Assembly: GCA_030324005.1 (NCBI GenBank)
Contig: JARDVH010000163.1
Location: 34,812,842-34,876,841, forward strand
Direction of reading: 5' to 3'
Length of the DNA: 64,000 bases
Source of the DNA: Negaprion brevirostris
Lineage: Eukaryota
A model generated the notes under the pieces. The model made no database searches and had not been told where the DNA came from. It saw only the letters and a program-made list of their open reading frames with translations. The stretch's first letter is position 1, and each line of letters opens with the position of its first letter. This document shows positions 26,378 to 40,032 of the stretch, piece by piece. The position numbers and the translations under genes were made by a program.

Positions 26378-28860
26378 AAAAAAAATCTGGTTCACTTATG
26401 CTCTTTAGAAAGTAAATCAACTATCCTTACCTCGTCTGATGGCTCCTAGACTCATATCGGTGTGGTTGATTCTTAACTGCATTCTGAAGTGGCCTAGTGA
26501 GCTATCAAATTGAACAAGACATTCTGTTCAGACCACTACAGGAAAATATAATAAGAATAAAACAGAATGGACCACCCAGCATTGATCTAGCTACTAGACA
26601 TAACATATGGACAACCCTGCAAAGTCCTCCTTAATAACATCTGCAGCCTTATGCCAAAATTGGATAGGCTGTCCAACAGACTAATCAAGCAACAGCCTGA
26701 CACAGTCATCCACAGAAAATCATATCTTGCAACCAACATCCCAGACTGCTCCATCACCACCGCTATCTATTTCCCACCAGCCAGGCAGATCCACCAGAAA
26801 TATGCATTCAGCAAGGGACTGACCATGGGAGTTGTCAACATTGACTTTGGCTCCAGGAAATCTCTTGGCACCAGGTTAAACATGGGAAGGGAAACCACCT
26901 ACTGCCCTGACCCAAATGATCCATTAGCACTCCATCTGAATATCACTTTGAAAAAGCACTGAAGGTAGGAAGGCCACTCAATGAACTCTGAGTGGGGGAC
27001 ATCAATGTCCATCGTGATCAATCATTCTTTAGCAACACAACCAACCAACTGACTGAGATCTGAAAGACATGTTCGCCAGAATGAGCTTGCACCAGGTGGT
27101 GAGAGAATCAACATGAGGGAAAAACATACTTGACTTCATCCCAACCAAGCTACCTCTCTCAGATGCATCTGCTCTTGATGCTATTAACCACCATACAGAC
27201 CTTGTCTTCACATTAAGGACACCTTCTGTTGTTTTTGTTAAATGGGATAGATTCAAAATAGATCTAGCTGCTCAATTCTGGGCATCCAGGAAGCCAGAGG
27301 ATCAACCACAGTTTAGTGAGAAGTCCAGGAGCTGTACCAGGCATACCTAAAATGAAACACAACCTGGTGAAGCTATAACTTAGGACTATATACCTACTAA
27401 ACAATGGAAGCAGCTTGCCACAGAGCTAAATGATTCCACAAATAATAGATTAGATCACAGCTCTGAACCCTATTACATCCAACCATAAAAGAAGAGATTT
27501 CATAATCATCACTATTCTCAATGATGGTGGAATGCAGCACATGAGAACAAAAGACAAATGGGGGGAATCTTACCAAAAAATGGTACAGTGTTGTTTCTGG
27601 TGGGAAATCACTCCAGGTTCCACCACACTCTGTCAAAGAAAATCAGGGCGTATATTTCACATCATCACGTGGGACGTGGGACCTCACCATGCCGGCAAAG
27701 TCTGGCTGCAGAGAGAAAAGGAGGCATCAAGAAGTCTTAGAAAAATGAAATCAATGGGAATCAGGGAGAAAGCTTTTCATTGGCCAGTGCTATACCTTGC
27801 ATAAAAGAGGATGTCTGTGGTTGTTGGAGACCGCTTATACCAGCCCTAGGACATTCCTGCAGGACACTGAGAGGAGTGTCCTATGTCCAACCATCTTCAA
27901 CTGTTTCATCAAATATTTCCCTCCTTCATAAGGTCAGAAATGGAAACATTAGCTGCTGATTGCACAGTGCTGAATTTCATTTGCAACTCATCAAATAATG
28001 AAGCAATCCAGGCCTTTGCGTGATGAGATCTGGACAACATTCAGGCATGGGCTGATACATGGCAAGTAACATTTGCATACTTTACATTCAAGTACCAGAC
28101 AATGTGACATTATACTACATTCTGCACCCTCTCCTTTGCTTCTCTATAAATGGTATGCTTTGTCTGTATGGCACACAAGAAACAGTGCTTCATTATATAT
28201 GAATACATGTGACAATAATAAATCAAATCAAATCAAATCAATTCCAGTAGGAACGAATCTAACCACCTCCTCTTAACATTCAATATCATTACATGTGCTG
28301 AATTCCTCTACCATCAGCATCCGGGGAAGACACCATTGACTTGAGACTGAACTGGACTAGCCACATAAATATTGTGGCCTACAAGTACATGTCAGAAGCT
28401 TGGCATCCTGCAATGAATATCTCATCTTCTGACTCCCCCATATCTTTATCCCATTCTACAAGGCACTAGTCAAGAGCCTGATGAAATAGTGGTCACTTCC
28501 CTGAATGAGTGCAGCTCCAGCAACACACAAACAGCTCAATGCCACTCAAAGACAAAGCAGCCCACTTGATTGGCATCCCNNNNNNNNNNNNNNNNNNNNN
28601 NNAACATCAGCACACTGTGGCTTCAGCGCATACCATTTCAGGATGAATTGCAGCAACTCATCAAAGTTTCTTCAACAGCACCTCCCAAACCTGCAACCTC
28701 AAACACAAGGGGAACAAGGGCACGAGAACACTATCTTATGGGACATTTCCTCCAAGTCACTCACCATCCTGACTTGGAAATATATCACTATTCTTTCATT
28801 GTTGCAGGGTCAAAAGCCTGGAACTCTCACCCAAACAGCACTGTGGTGTGCCTACACCCA
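26378..28860 (+). mobile_element. Long decayed LINE (CR1/L2 group): 5' region, endonuclease, RT remnants, 3' part
   Basis: APE-like start LNNICSLMPKLDRLSNRLIKQQPDTVIHRKSYL; VGDINVH-like motif near 26995; RT remnants (GVSYVQPSS / PTIFNCFI, AADCTV, IQAWADTWQVTF, YKALVKSLMK). A Rex1-type tail is inserted at about 28105-28240. Confidence 0.8.
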
Positions 28861-28869
28861 TTACCACCA

Positions 28870-30680
28870 TTCAAAAATATTGCACAGAAATACACCCTCA
28901 GACGTAAGGGTCACAGACACAACTTGCCCAACCAGCTCCAGTGCGAAGGGCACTGACAAATCAATCTCAGTAGCTCATCACCACTTGCCCCATCAGTGTC
29001 AGATACCCTCAATAATGTGTCCACATTGTGAAGACATCCATTGGATGATGACACCATCTCCAGATCGAGGGAAAAAGTGTAATTCATACTTAAAGATTAA
29101 CCTCTTTGCATAATGTGCAGTTCATCAAAGAAGAAGACTTTATTAGTTTGACACATGGAGGAATCTATTCATGAGTGTGGAATAAGGCATATCAAGGACA
29201 GTAAAGCAACAGGCCATTTTAAGGGTTGCTCAGTCAACGTCATGAGTATCTCAATGTTATACCTCATCAACGTTGGCAAGAAAATATCTATATTGAGTGA
29301 CAAGGTGCGCCATCGTTATTTTTTGCTACATTTTCTCACCCTTGTGACAAACGCTCTTTAAAATTACAATGACTCAATAATTGTGGTTTTGGGAACGATC
29401 AAAGTTCCAATGTGTTACAAAAATTTCAATCTAGATATGTTCACATTCTACTTCACCAAAGACAGAAAGAAGCCTTACAGAGTAAACTTGTTCGATAAGT
29501 TTGGCTTCATACCTGAAGACCCCACCAGAGCACACATTAACGCGGTCAATGACATTGACTATCTGTAAAGCTATCCTTCCTTATTTAGCAGATTTGGGGA
29601 GATTCAGGGGTACTGTTCATCTTCATCATGGCAATAATTCAATTCTGCCACTTTTGCAAAAATTGAGATGGTTTCCATTTGCCACAGGAGCTAAAACAAC
29701 TTGAAGCAGATGGTACATTGAACGAATCAGTACATCTGCAAGGTTAATAAACCTAGTCATCACCCAATACAAAAATGGCCAACAAAACCATGGCAACAAC
29801 TCCAAGCAGATTTGTTTGAGAAGTGTAAATAGTCTCTTGCAATCAAGCTTCTTGTTCATGATCTACGTAGCAAATAGCTGGAAATCGCTACAACAAATTG
29901 CATAATCACCACTTTGGTCATTGACATTTTAGACAAGTTTAGATGATGATTACGAACAATGGACTGCAGCTTGTTTCCAGTCAGTTCAGAGTTCCAATCA
30001 AGCTATGGAATTCAACACCATCTGACATTATGGCCAAACCTGCAATCGAATGGTGACATCAAATGATTTAAAAGGGTGATCAAAAAGCTAACATGCGTAA
30101 GGGGCAAAAGGTTTGAACAATCCATTCATATCCTCCTTCACCCATATCAACCTATCTCACACTCTCTGATTGGAAAGACGCCAGCGAACTTAAAACTGAT
30201 CATAGCTTTCATACATCAGAGACAAGTCTTAAGCTGTCAACGCCATCCATTGAGAACGTTAGAGCAAAAACAGATGAAATTGCCAAACAAGGTCACGCAA
30301 AAGCCTACTTCAACAAATGAACATGTGCATGGAAACCATGATATGAGATCGGAGATTGGGTTTGCATCAAACTGCCAAATTATGATTGCAAGCTCTCATG
30401 GTTTCTGTCAGGATGGAAGGCAATCTAGTGGTCTAGTAGTTCCAAAGCTTATCTGTTGAATGATAACACAAAGTGGAACATGAGATGCTTGATAGTGAGC
30501 AAACCAGGATATTTCAAGAAGATACAGTGATTATGAGGCTAGTTTCCTTTTCTGATATTTCCATTTGGATGATCAATATGAGGTGATTTTGATCATCCAC
30601 CTCATCAAGACGATCACGCAAAACCATAACCTCAAGTTCGTAGATCTCAGTGTCGTCATCAACCACCTTCATATCTCAAA
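28870..30680 (+). mobile_element. Decayed Gypsy/Ty3 internal region (gag knuckle, protease, integrase; most of RT and RNase H missing)
   Basis: CPHCEDIH...DRGKKCNSYLKINLFA (decayed zinc knuckles), LINVGKKISILSDK (protease-like), PLLQKLRWFPFA, WPTKPWQQLQADLF, ITNNGLQLVSSQF, QSNG, HSLIGKTPANL. Confidence 0.75.
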
Positions 30681-31254
30681 GACTATTTCTGCACCTAGCA
30701 TCAAGTGGGGAAAGAATGCTGTGAATGGAGCAAGGAAGAAGTGATTGTGTGTTTGGAATGGCAATGAGAGTTTGCCACTCAGCAGAGGCATGTTTCTCTA
30801 GGACTCCAACAGTGCAACCAGACTGAAGGGAATGCAACTTTGCTTTAAGAGGTACATTCCCAATATAAATCACCCCCTGCAGCCCCACTGAAAGTAGGCA
30901 CATTTTCTCCTTGTGTCACTAAATTGGAAACCCTTTGATAAGATTAAACTGAGGTTCGAGTTAAACACCACAGGTTTAATTTTTTTTTGCAGCAAGTGAA
31001 TTTCACACTTACATTGCAATTTTGTGGTGGGAATAACTATAAGACTATCAGCATTCAATCAGAAAGCAACTTTTGGTGTCACCACATGCACAGTTAAACC
31101 AGGAACTCATGGTAAGTGGTCTGATTTGCCCTGCCCCTCCAGAAACTTTGTCATACTAATATTTCAACAAGAGTTTCAGCATCGAAATCAGGTGAAATAC
31201 CTGTGGCTGTGATATTTCGCCACAAACTCATTAAAACACACCAAACAAAGTGAG

Positions 31255-31450
31255 GGCCTCAGCAGGTCTGACAATACCTGTGGAGAAAGAATAGAGTCAA
31301 TGTTTTGAGTCAGGATGACCCTTCATCAGAGCCATCCAGACTCAAAATGTTGGCTCTATTCTCTCTGCTCAGAAGCTGTCAGATGGGCTGAGATTTTCCA
31401 GCATTTTCTGTTTCTGTTTCAGATTCCTGCATCTGCATTATTTTGCTTTT
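31255..31450. mobile_element. Penelope-like inverted terminal repeat remnant
   Basis: ctcagcaggtctgaca...gaatagagtcaatgttttgagtcaggatg is inverted relative to catccagactcaaaatgttggctctattctctct...tgtcaga..gctgag. Confidence 0.7.
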
Positions 31451-31616
31451 AGACAAAGTGAAGGCTTGTTTAAGTGATTTTGTTATCGGTGTGATAAATA
31501 TTAAGGATACCAAATAACATTTTTATACTGAATATTAATTTTTGCCAATGTGAAGTCTTGTTCCTGCAGATTTTAATAATTGTTGATGTTAAAAGTGAAC
31601 AACGTAAAACAAAAAC

Positions 31617-31974
31617 TTTTTTTATTCATTCATGGGATATGGGTGTTACTGGTTGGCCAGCATTTATTGCCCATCCCTAGATGCCCAAGGGCAATTCAGT
31701 GTCAACCACAATGCTGTGGCTCTGGAGCCACACATAAGCCAGACTAAGTAAGGATGACAGATTTCCTTCCCTAAAGTACAATACTGAACCAGATGAGTTT
31801 TTCCAACAATTGACAATGGTTTCATTGTTATCAGATTCTTAATTCCAGGTTTTTTTTAACTGAATTCAAATTGAACCATCTGCCATGATGGGATTCAAAG
31901 CCAAGTGCCCAGAACATTGGCTGAGTTCCTGGATTAACAATATAGCAATAATATCACTAGACCATCACCTTCCC
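31617..31974 (-). mobile_element. tRNA-derived SINE with LINE-derived body and tail
   Basis: Minus strand: tRNA-like head, body matching 26378-26500, tail matching the LINE end at 37840-37910. Confidence 0.85.
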
Positions 31975-33981
31975 AATTTCCTAATCCCTTTTACTATCCT
32001 TTAATCTGTTTCTCTTAATCCTATCTCTCATTCACTCTTTTTTATTTTGTTTTCTGTCCTGAGATGATTTTGCATTGAATTAACTTAGATTTACTGGTTT
32101 AGACTATGTGCCTCATGAAAGATTATTTATTCTGATTAGTTGAGGACACATGCTGTTAGTTGTTCCAATCCCAGATTTCCTGTTGAGGCTGCTATGCTAT
32201 TTCAAACTCCTGATGATCATAAATTGCCATCCAAAAGCCTGTGTCCAGCTGTAAGCCCAACGAACGTCGAATGCTACTCATTCACAAAAGATAATAATAT
32301 CTCAGAACTATGAAAGTTGTTTTGAAAATTAAGATTTTTCATGCACACAGTACTTGACAGTTTCTTTTTTATGCATCAAGGAATAATACTGAAGAAAAAA
32401 TACAACTGTAAAACTTTTGGCAGAAAACTCCCAACTGTAAAAGATAAGAAACATTTAAGCACACTAATTGAGCATATGCAATCCAAACAAGCAACCCAAT
32501 AGTGCCTCAGGGTAAATTCAGCAATCCCGCATTTTCATTAGTAATCTTAGCTCAATGTGAGGATGGCTTGATGAATTGGTACTAGCACGTTCTATTTCTA
32601 TCTCCGTTTTCTAATTCTATTTCTGACACTAATTCTATACTGTTTGCAGTGAACAACGCTTTCTGTTAACAACACAGGTCACCATATACACAATATAGAC
32701 TTATGTTATTAACGTATGTGTGGGTAATAGAAAATTACTGGCAAATTATACATTTTTACAATTGTACTCTTTAATGAAATCATTTAATTTGTCATCAATT
32801 TATGCTCAGTTGACAAGAGTCATGGCAAAGACATGTCTCCTGTACAAGTACAGGACACATCAGAGGGATTTTGATTCTCTTTAAGCCTTTAAGGTGAAAT
32901 TGTTCGCTATGTGGACAACGTACCAAAATGGCAATGTGCACAAGCACATTGAAAATCATATCAAATACTTAGGCCTGAACACTAAAAACAATTGCATTAA
33001 CACTGAAACATGCACAACGGGTAATTAGGCAAGGTAAGATCTACAAAACAGTTCTGATGCATGTTTGCAAAGTCTATTTGCATGAACCAAGCATCTGGCC
33101 TATTTCACATGCCTTTGCTTTTACCTATCACCTCTCCACAACAGGATATATTTTCTCCTTATCTTCCACCACACAAACCTACACATTCACAGATCATTAC
33201 AGCACAAGAATTTAAACCAAGCACATCTTTTACCCCCAACCCCCTGCCCCTCTGCCTTCCAGAAAGACAGTTCATGCTGGGATTTATTGATGGATTCTTC
33301 CAGCATTCTGACTTCTAGCTGCCCTTCACCTGAGCTTTCTCATGCAACAGTAGTACATACATCTAGTATGGATACAAATATCTATCCATTCACCACTTGT
33401 CACAGATCACTCAATCTTCATTGTCTTTTGAACAAAAGGTTGATGCTAGTTTTCTCGGATTAAAGCCATTGTGTGACCTTCCAGGAAAAGGGGTAGTGAG
33501 CTGCATATTGTTGATGGTCACGTGTCAGCCGAACACCAGCAGAGTGGGATCAATTTTGATTCATGCAGGGACGATTCTTGAAAACAACAATAACAGATGG
33601 ATATGCTGAACTACTAAAAAATAATTCCACTATCGTAGTATTTGATAAATGTGATAAGCAAAATGGCCGAAAATGTCACAGTGAATTGTATCATTGTTAC
33701 GCCAATGAAAAATGAGTTGTGCCGACCGTTGGTACAAAGAGGTATGTACACCTGAATTTCCTGTGTCCCCTCATTTGTATATCCTTTGGAGTAGTGATTG
33801 ATGTAAAATCCATCCAAAATGGGAATAACTTGCTGGAATACATTGAAATTAGAGCACAGCTTTCAAAAAGCCAGTTCTGAGTGTAGGTTGTCATGACAGA
33901 CTTGGAGAGCAGCAAGTCTGTAAGGAACAATGCTAGCCTGAGTCAGTTGATTGTCAGCTAGTTTGACTGTATGGCACAGAG

Positions 33982-34637
33982 TCATAGTCATAGAGGTTTA
34001 CGGTACGGAAACAGGTCCTTCAGCCCAACTTGTCCATGCTGCCCTTTCTTTTAAAACCCTTAAGCTAATTCCAATTGCCCGCATTTGGCCCATATCCCTC
34101 TATATGCATCGTAACCATCTAACTATCTAAATGCTTTTTAAAAGTCAACATTGTACGCACCTCTACTACTACCTCTGAGAGCTTGTTCCAGACACTCACC
34201 GCCTTCTGTGAAAAAATTGCCCCTCTGGACACTTTTGTATCTCTGCCCTCTCACCTCAAGCCTATGCCCTCTAGTTTTAGACTCCCTTACCTTTGGGAAA
34301 TGATATTGACTGCCTAGCTGACCTGTGCCCATCAGTATTTTATAAATCTCTGTAAGATCACCCCTCAGCCTCCTATGCTCCAGAGAAAAAATTCCCAGTC
34401 TATTCAGTCTCTCCTTATAACTCAATCCATCAAGTTCCAGTAGTATCCTAGTAAATCTTTTCTGCACTCTTTCTAGTTTAATAATATTCTTTCTATAATA
34501 GAATGACCAGAATTGCACACAATATTCCAAGTGTGGGCTTACCAATGTCTTGCACAACTTCAACAAGACATTCCAACTCCTGTATTCAATGTTCTGACTG
34601 ATGAAACCAAGCATGACAAATGCCTTCTTCACCACTT
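33982..34637 (-). mobile_element. CR1 LINE 3' fragment
   Basis: ORF 34138-34635: KTLVSPHLEYCVQFWS...LERVQKRFTR...RRLRGDLTEIYKI...KTRGH. Confidence 0.95.
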
Positions 34638-35568
34638 TGTCTCATGATTGTTTTCTGCATTAGCTTCCTGGAATCTCTAACATCGGACAACTTGGCACAG
34701 ACAGCCACATGAGAAGTTAGAACATGGTGCAGAGTAGAGGAAAAGATGTTTTTTTTTCAGAACTACATCTGCAAACCCACCTGAATGAAATGCAGCAGTG
34801 GAAAGGCATAGCAGGAAACCTACAAAGAATATCACTTATGCTATGTGGAGGGAAGTGGTACTGCCACTGACCCCCAACTCTTCCCAGTAATCCAGACTTG
34901 TACCACACAATGTTCAGTGACCTGCCTGGGCAATAAGGTAACACAAGATCACTCTCTCTTCTTTTCATTAGTAATCCTGAACATCAACAAATTCTTTGCC
35001 GATTAAATGTAACAGCCATACAACTGAAATTTCACATACACACTGGTTAAAGGACACTACTGAAAATCTTAAAACACTGACCACCTTTTGAACCTAACAC
35101 CAATTATTTGCATGCACAGCCCTAACACCCCTTATTTCATTTTAACAAACTAATGCCACTACATCTCTTACTTCAGCGCTCCCATTGCTACCAGGCACAT
35201 GTTTCTCAATTACTAGTCTTCACCTCCTCGGAAGCACAGACTGCAGCTCTGGTGAAAATAACTGAGAATAAACAGCATCCTTCCTAATAATTCTCAGATT
35301 GTGGCAGCCACAAAGTATCTTGTAGCCTGTTAGAGCTTTCTGAAACTGAAAGCTACAATCAGATCAGCCATCCAAAAGACTTGAGGGGACCCAGATGCAG
35401 GTCCCAGTGGAATGACAATGGCTCGAGTTTGCCAGACTAATACTACTATCTCTCAGGACAGCAGCACTGGCTGGAACTCCTCCCTTGTTCCTTTACCACA
35501 TCAGTGAGACCAAGCTATCCAGGAAAAACTACAGAGGTGCAGTCAGCATTATCTCCCCACCATGGAAC

Positions 35569-36330
35569 AACATAGGAACTTAGGAATTAGGAGCAGAAAT
35601 AGGCAATTCAGGCCTTTGAACCTCCTTCGCCATTCAATCAGATCATGGCTGATCACTTCCTGGTCTCAAATCCATTCCCTACCTGTTTCCAATATCCTTT
35701 TAACAAAAATTTTGATCATAAAAATACTATCTCCTTCTTGAAACCATTTATTGTTTCATTTTCCACTGTGCTATAGAGCAGCAAGTTCCACAAATTTACC
35801 ACCCTCTGTGTGAAGTAGTTCCTCTCATTTCAGTTTTAAATCTACTGCCTCTCAACCTATAATTATGACCTCTTGTTCTAGATTGCCCGTAAGGGGAAAC
35901 ATTTAGTCCACATTTACTTTACCAATCCATCTTAGTATTTTATATACCTCAGTCAGATCTCCTCTCATCTTTCTAAACTCCAGCAAGTATGAGTCCAAAC
36001 TGTTTAATCTCTCCTCATACATCAAGATTTTTATCCCCAGAATCAACTTCATGAACTCCCTCTGAACTATCTCCAATGCAACACATTCTTCCTCAAATAA
36101 GGAGACCAAAACTGGACATAATACTCCAAATGTGGTCTCACCAACACCCTATACAATTGCAACAACACTTCTCTACTGTTATACTCCAGTCCTTTTGCAA
36201 TAAATGCCAACAGCCCAATTGCCCTTTTTATTACATGCTGCATGCACCTGCACACCGATTTTCTGCGATTCATGAGCAAAGACACTCAGATCTCCCTGCC
36301 CAGTTGTATTTTGAATCTGCTTTGTCTCAG
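35569..36330 (-). mobile_element. CR1 LINE 3' fragment
   Basis: LYRVLVRPHLEYYVQFWSPY, LEFRKMRGDLTEVYKI; CR1 3' UTR and tail at 35570-35650. Confidence 0.95.
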
Positions 36331-36549
36331 CTTTGTAAGATTGGTTCCATGACCTTTTGAAAGTAATGTGCAGCAAAACAGATCAGGTTATACTGGGCAT
36401 CAGACTGTACTTGGAGAAGCCCTAGATTGGCACGTGTAGCCAACTCAGGGCTGCACCATGCTTGGAAAGAGTTGTTTAGCTCGTCTTCACTTTGTACTTC
36501 ATTTACAACATGCTTTGTTACTCTTGGAGATTGAAGTCATACAGGTGAG

Positions 36550-36872
36550 GTTTTTTAAAATTTATTTACAAGTTGTGGGTGTTGATGGCAAGGCCAACAT
36601 TTGTTGCCCATCCTTAACTGCTCTTGAGTGTCTTGCTAAGCCACTTCAGAAGGCAGTTAAGATCAATCACATTGCTGTGAGTCAGAAGTCACAAATAGGC
36701 CAGATCAGGGAAAGAAGACAAATGTTCTTTCTAAATTTATAATGCAGATTTTTAATGAAAACTATTAACCAAATTTAAATTCCCCAGCTGCTATGATGGG
36801 ATTCGAACTTTAGTCTCCAGATCATTAGTCCAGGCCTCTGGATTATGAGTCCAGTGACAACCACCGTGCTGT
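36550..36872 (-). mobile_element. tRNA-derived SINE, same family as 31617-31974
   Basis: ggccaacatttgttgcccatcc...atcaatcacattgctgtg...atgggattcgaac...ggcctctggatta. Confidence 0.8.
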
Positions 36873-37837
36873 CATTCATTGTAGACTTATTTGGAATTGA
36901 CTTGTTGAATCAGGCAAACATTATAGTTTTTGTCATATGGAGCAAAAGAGAGGTAATAAATTGATGTTTTAGGATGGGTCCTGGACTGAAGGAATATTAT
37001 TTGAAGATGGAGAAGAAGGTGATAAAGGATTAGTGTTGAAAGCAAACTGTGTTAATCAGAAGAGGATATTTCCATGTTGAGTTGTGACAATCTGGATCAG
37101 CTAGCCGTCTGGCACCAGCATGAAGTAAGAACCAGGCATGTTATCATTTTGATCGAGAACAGCATATGCCTATGTTATGATGCCTATATCACTGTCAGGG
37201 GGCGGCATCTGAGCACTCCCACTGTTTTGTTGAGAATAGGATACAGCAGGGATGAGATGCATTGGAAGCTACTATCCATGCTTTCTTTTACACTGTAAAA
37301 ATTGATAGAGATTTTGAAACCCAGTCAAGGTAAAAATCAGTTGTCATCAGAAGTTCCATCACTTTAGTGTCTACAAAGCTGACCTAATATTCTATGATTT
37401 GACAGTATTCTTTCCATGCCCTTCTTAGTTATCCCATTCAAGTTAGCATTAGGCTCCTCCATGATCTCCAACTTTGTGCAAAGGTCACATAGTCCAATGT
37501 GGTGAGAACCTGGTTACACACAGCTTTTGATGGCCGTCTACAAGTTGGAACCTCCATCTGCCCTTTTGCTCCAGGATGTGAGTTCACTCTCCAGAAAAGT
37601 TTCTGGCTTTCCTAACCATCTGACTTTACTCCTATGCACTTGTGTTCAGTAAATCTGATGCAGGCCCTTCTAGCTGGTACACAACACTACCTCCACTACT
37701 AGTATTTAGCTGGTACATTCAAGAGATTTCCATGAATAGAGTAAAAGAGTTTAAGTTAGCTAAACACTCTGCAGAGCAGATCCCCCAGTCTCTCCACTTG
37801 CAATGCTTTAGTCATGCACCATGCCCACCATCTCCAT

Positions 37838-38610
37838 TTTTTAAACTAATTTGTGGGACATGGACATCAATGACTGGCCAGCATTTATTGCCCATCCCTA
37901 ATTGCCCTTGAGAAGGTGGTGGCGAGCTGCCTTCTTGAATTGCTGCAGTTCATGTATTGTAGGTTATGTATTTAGGGAAGGAATTCCAGATTTTGACCAA
38001 GCAACTGTGAAGGAATGGTGATATATTTTCAAGTCAGAACACTGAGTGGCTTGGAGGGGAACTTGCAGGTGGTTGTGATCCCATGTATCTGCTATCCTTG
38101 TCCTTCTAGATGGAAGTGGTTGTGGGTTTAGAAGGGCTGTCTATGGATCTTTGGTGAATTGCTGCAGTGCATCTTGTAGATAGTACATTTGCTGCTATTG
38201 AGCATTCATGGTGGAGGAAGTGGATGCTTGTGGATATCATGCCAATTAAGTGGGCTGCTTTGTCCTGGATGGTATCAATCTTCAATGGTTGTTGGAGCTA
38301 CACCAATCTGAGCAAGTGGGGAGTATTTCAGCACACTCCTGACTTATGCCTTGTAGATGGTGGACAGGCTTTGTGGAGTCAGGAGGTGAGTTACTCCCCG
38401 CATTATTCCTAGTCTTTGACCTGCCCTTGTAGCCACTGTTTTTATGTGACAAGTCCAATTGAGATTCTGGACAATGGTAACCCCAAGAATGTTGACAGTG
38501 GGGGATTCAGTGGTGGTAACACCATTGACTGTTAAGGGGTGGGAGTTGGAGTGTCTCTTATTGGTGATGGTCATTGCCTGTCATTTGTTTAACATGAACA
38601 TTACTTGCCT
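37838..38610 (-). mobile_element. LINE 3' fragment, same family as 26378-28860
   Basis: ESPTVNILGVTIVQNLNWTCHIKTVATRAGQRLGIMRGVTHLLTPQSLSTIYKA; 3' end gcatttattgcccatccctaattgccc. Confidence 0.9.
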
Positions 38611-39019
38611 CTCCATTGTCTTCTTTTTGAATGGGGATAGGGCATTGATGCTTTGATGGCCCATTTGCTGCCATTTTCAGCTTACCTTGTAAGAATGGAA
38701 GCGTGTGTGTGCGTGTGTGTCAGTGTGTGCTTGTCTGTGTAGGGCTTGGTGAAAAGTAGGAGAGATGCACCCGTCAGGATAGAATGGTGTTGCTGGTGTA
38801 TAGTTAGCACAGATGTTGGAAAATGCGAGAAATAATTGTGAGGGTGAAAATGGGTGTAGAGTATGCGAATAGCAGCAGAAGGAGCTTCAGTGATATGTGC
38901 TGCTGTGATTGGAATGATGGATCATGAGGAAGGAAAGCTGGGGGAATTGGCCAACACTTCCATTCTGCCAAACTGTCGTGAGTATGCTGGAGATTAGGTA
39001 TCATGCACAGCATTCTTTT

Positions 39020-39360
39020 TGGTAAATCAATTGAACTAAATTAAACAAACTAATGAATAAAGCAAGGAGGGCAGCCCCAAAAAGGGAACCACCCAAAATA
39101 GAAAAAACAAAGCACAAAAGAAACTTAACACATTACACTAAAATATACTTAAAGGGATCAATAATACACCCCAGTCCCTATGGTGCCCAACAAACATGGA
39201 AGACCTCGATAGTGCCCTCAGACAACATATGCTCCCTCACCAGGGACACCCTGGTGTGAATATAGCCACAGTAGAGGGGCTGATAGCCAGGTCAGATGAC
39301 CCCCTCAATTGTCTGCTGGCTGGATCTATTGCATCATGCACAGCCAGGACCAGAAAATTA
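39020..39360 (-). mobile_element. Tx1/L1-clade LINE 3' end
   Basis: Minus-strand NRSSQQTIEGVI*PGYQPLYCGYIHTRVSLVREH...EVFHVCWAP*GLGCIIDP resembles Tx1 ORF2 C-termini, followed by a T-rich 3' UTR. Confidence 0.7.
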
Positions 39361-40032
39361 ACTGCGGCAATATATCCCCCATATTACAAGCATACACCTG
39401 GGATCACTCATTGTTTGGACAGGTATATGGTAAATTAAAATCTCGCTCAGGTATCTCTGTTACTCTGGTGTGGTATACTTGTGTTATGGAAATAGCAAGG
39501 CATTGCTTAAGGATAGGAAATGCACACTATACATAAATGTTTTAATGTATTATAGGGGACAGCTTGCAAATGGAAAGGTTTGTATTGCTCTAGTTCTGGT
39601 GCTCTAGGAGCATCTATTTCAATGCAACATTTTCAGCAGCCAATTAGGCAGTGGATTGATTTATTTTGCAGCATGGAGTTCCATTGTCACAGGTACTTAT
39701 TTGAAGCTGTCTTTAACTTTCTTAATTTGGTAACAATGTCCTTTTAAAAATCACAGCGACCCTTAAAGAATGGGAAGGTGATTGGACTTAGATTTTCATT
39801 GGGATGTAACTAACAACTTCTGTATTTTCTATCTAAAATGTGCAATGCACCAGGGTCAACAGTGGAGGAAAAGTGCCAACTTGCTGCATGATTGAGATTG
39901 TAAGAAGTTTCACAACACCAGGTTAAAGTCCGACAGGTTTATTTCATGATTGAAATTGGCCACAGTGAAGTCTGAGGTCAAAGTACCAACCAACTCAAGA
40001 CCAGCTTCTTCCCTTTTACCATCAAACGTTCA

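Noticed and set aside
1-40000. Exons of CIBAR2/FAM92B, the upstream neighbour of GSE1 in human as I recall
   Set aside because: I found no matching peptide on the minus strand, so synteny is unconfirmed within this window.
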